From positions 11,353-75,352 of the forward strand of contig JAQCEJ010000006.1 of NCBI GenBank assembly GCA_027618475.1: a stretch of DNA of 64,000 bases. Direction: 5' to 3'. The translations under genes and the position numbers were made by a program. The first letter of the stretch is position 1; every line of letters starts with the position of its first letter. The notes beneath the pieces are model-generated. The model was not told where the DNA came from. It ran no database searches and worked only from the letters and a program-made list of their open reading frames with translations. Source of the stretch: Planctomycetota bacterium (GTDB lineage Bacteria > Planctomycetota > Planctomycetia > Planctomycetales > Planctomycetaceae). Below, piece after piece: positions 63,827 to 64,000 of the stretch.

Positions 63827-64000
63827 ATGAGTTCTGGCACCGCACCGCGGCTGACGACGGTTCAATGGCTGATCTGCTTCATCGCCTCGATTGGCTTTGC
63901 GTTCGATATTTACGAATTGTTGATGCTGCCGTTGATCGTTCGGCCCGCCCTGATGGAACTCGGCGGCATCGCACCGGGAACCGACGAATTCGCAATGTGG
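63827..64000 (+). CDS. MFS transporter, N-terminal fragment (3' end lies outside the window)
   Basis: The ATG at 63827 opens a frame to the window end. WLICFIASIGFAFDIYELLMLPLIV resembles the first TM and D-x-x-D region of MFS proteins. Confidence 0.55.
   Translation, partial: MSSGTAPRLTTVQWLICFIASIGFAFDIYELLMLPLIVRPALMELGGIAPGTDEFAMW

Overview
The window looks like ordinary chromosome from a Planctomycetota-type bacterium. That lineage call is an inference from gene content: two Tat-signal DUF1501 genes, an FG-GAP/VCBS protein, a Ser/Thr kinase fused to FGE-sulfatase and DUF1080 domains, a BON protein with a Pro/Tyr-rich tail, and a Rieske/cytochrome b operon ending in an octahaem cytochrome c. 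I support about 50 protein-coding genes, densely packed on both strands. I recognised no rRNA, tRNA, CRISPR array, transposase, integrase or phage genes, and no canonical defence system.

Coding content is mostly housekeeping, transport and exported hydrolases:
- dprA, hemC, and a DUF853/HerA-like ATPase
- sodium:solute, PiT and MFS transporters
- an aminotransferase, a CysQ/Hal2-like nucleotidase, and a B12-type radical SAM enzyme
- an OmpR/HisKA two-component pair
- a REC-RsbW-like/STAS partner-switching pair
- a DUF433/DUF5615 toxin-antitoxin-like pair

The observations most worth a second look:
1. An extremely His/Gly-rich protein with four canonical EF-hands (5243-7005). It is split from its own signal-anchor ORF by a -1 frame change at a G4 run and sits directly upstream of the two-component system.
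2. A Rieske/cytochrome b/octahaem (HAO-like) operon (19802-23201).
3. Structured non-coding repeats in the larger intergenic gaps:
   - a 155-bp foldback element with perfect 11-bp terminal inverted repeats and a 10-bp direct flanking duplication (45827-45981)
   - a two-copy inverted ~115-130-bp element (near 3.4 kb and 43.7 kb) that belongs to a hairpin family CAC-N6-CTTGT-N6'-GTG
   - a two-copy ~90-110-nt element made of two hairpins plus a T-run (near 10.0 kb and 26.4 kb)
   - a 40-bp perfect palindrome upstream of the response regulator

All product calls come from motif reading and recall of protein families. No database search was run.
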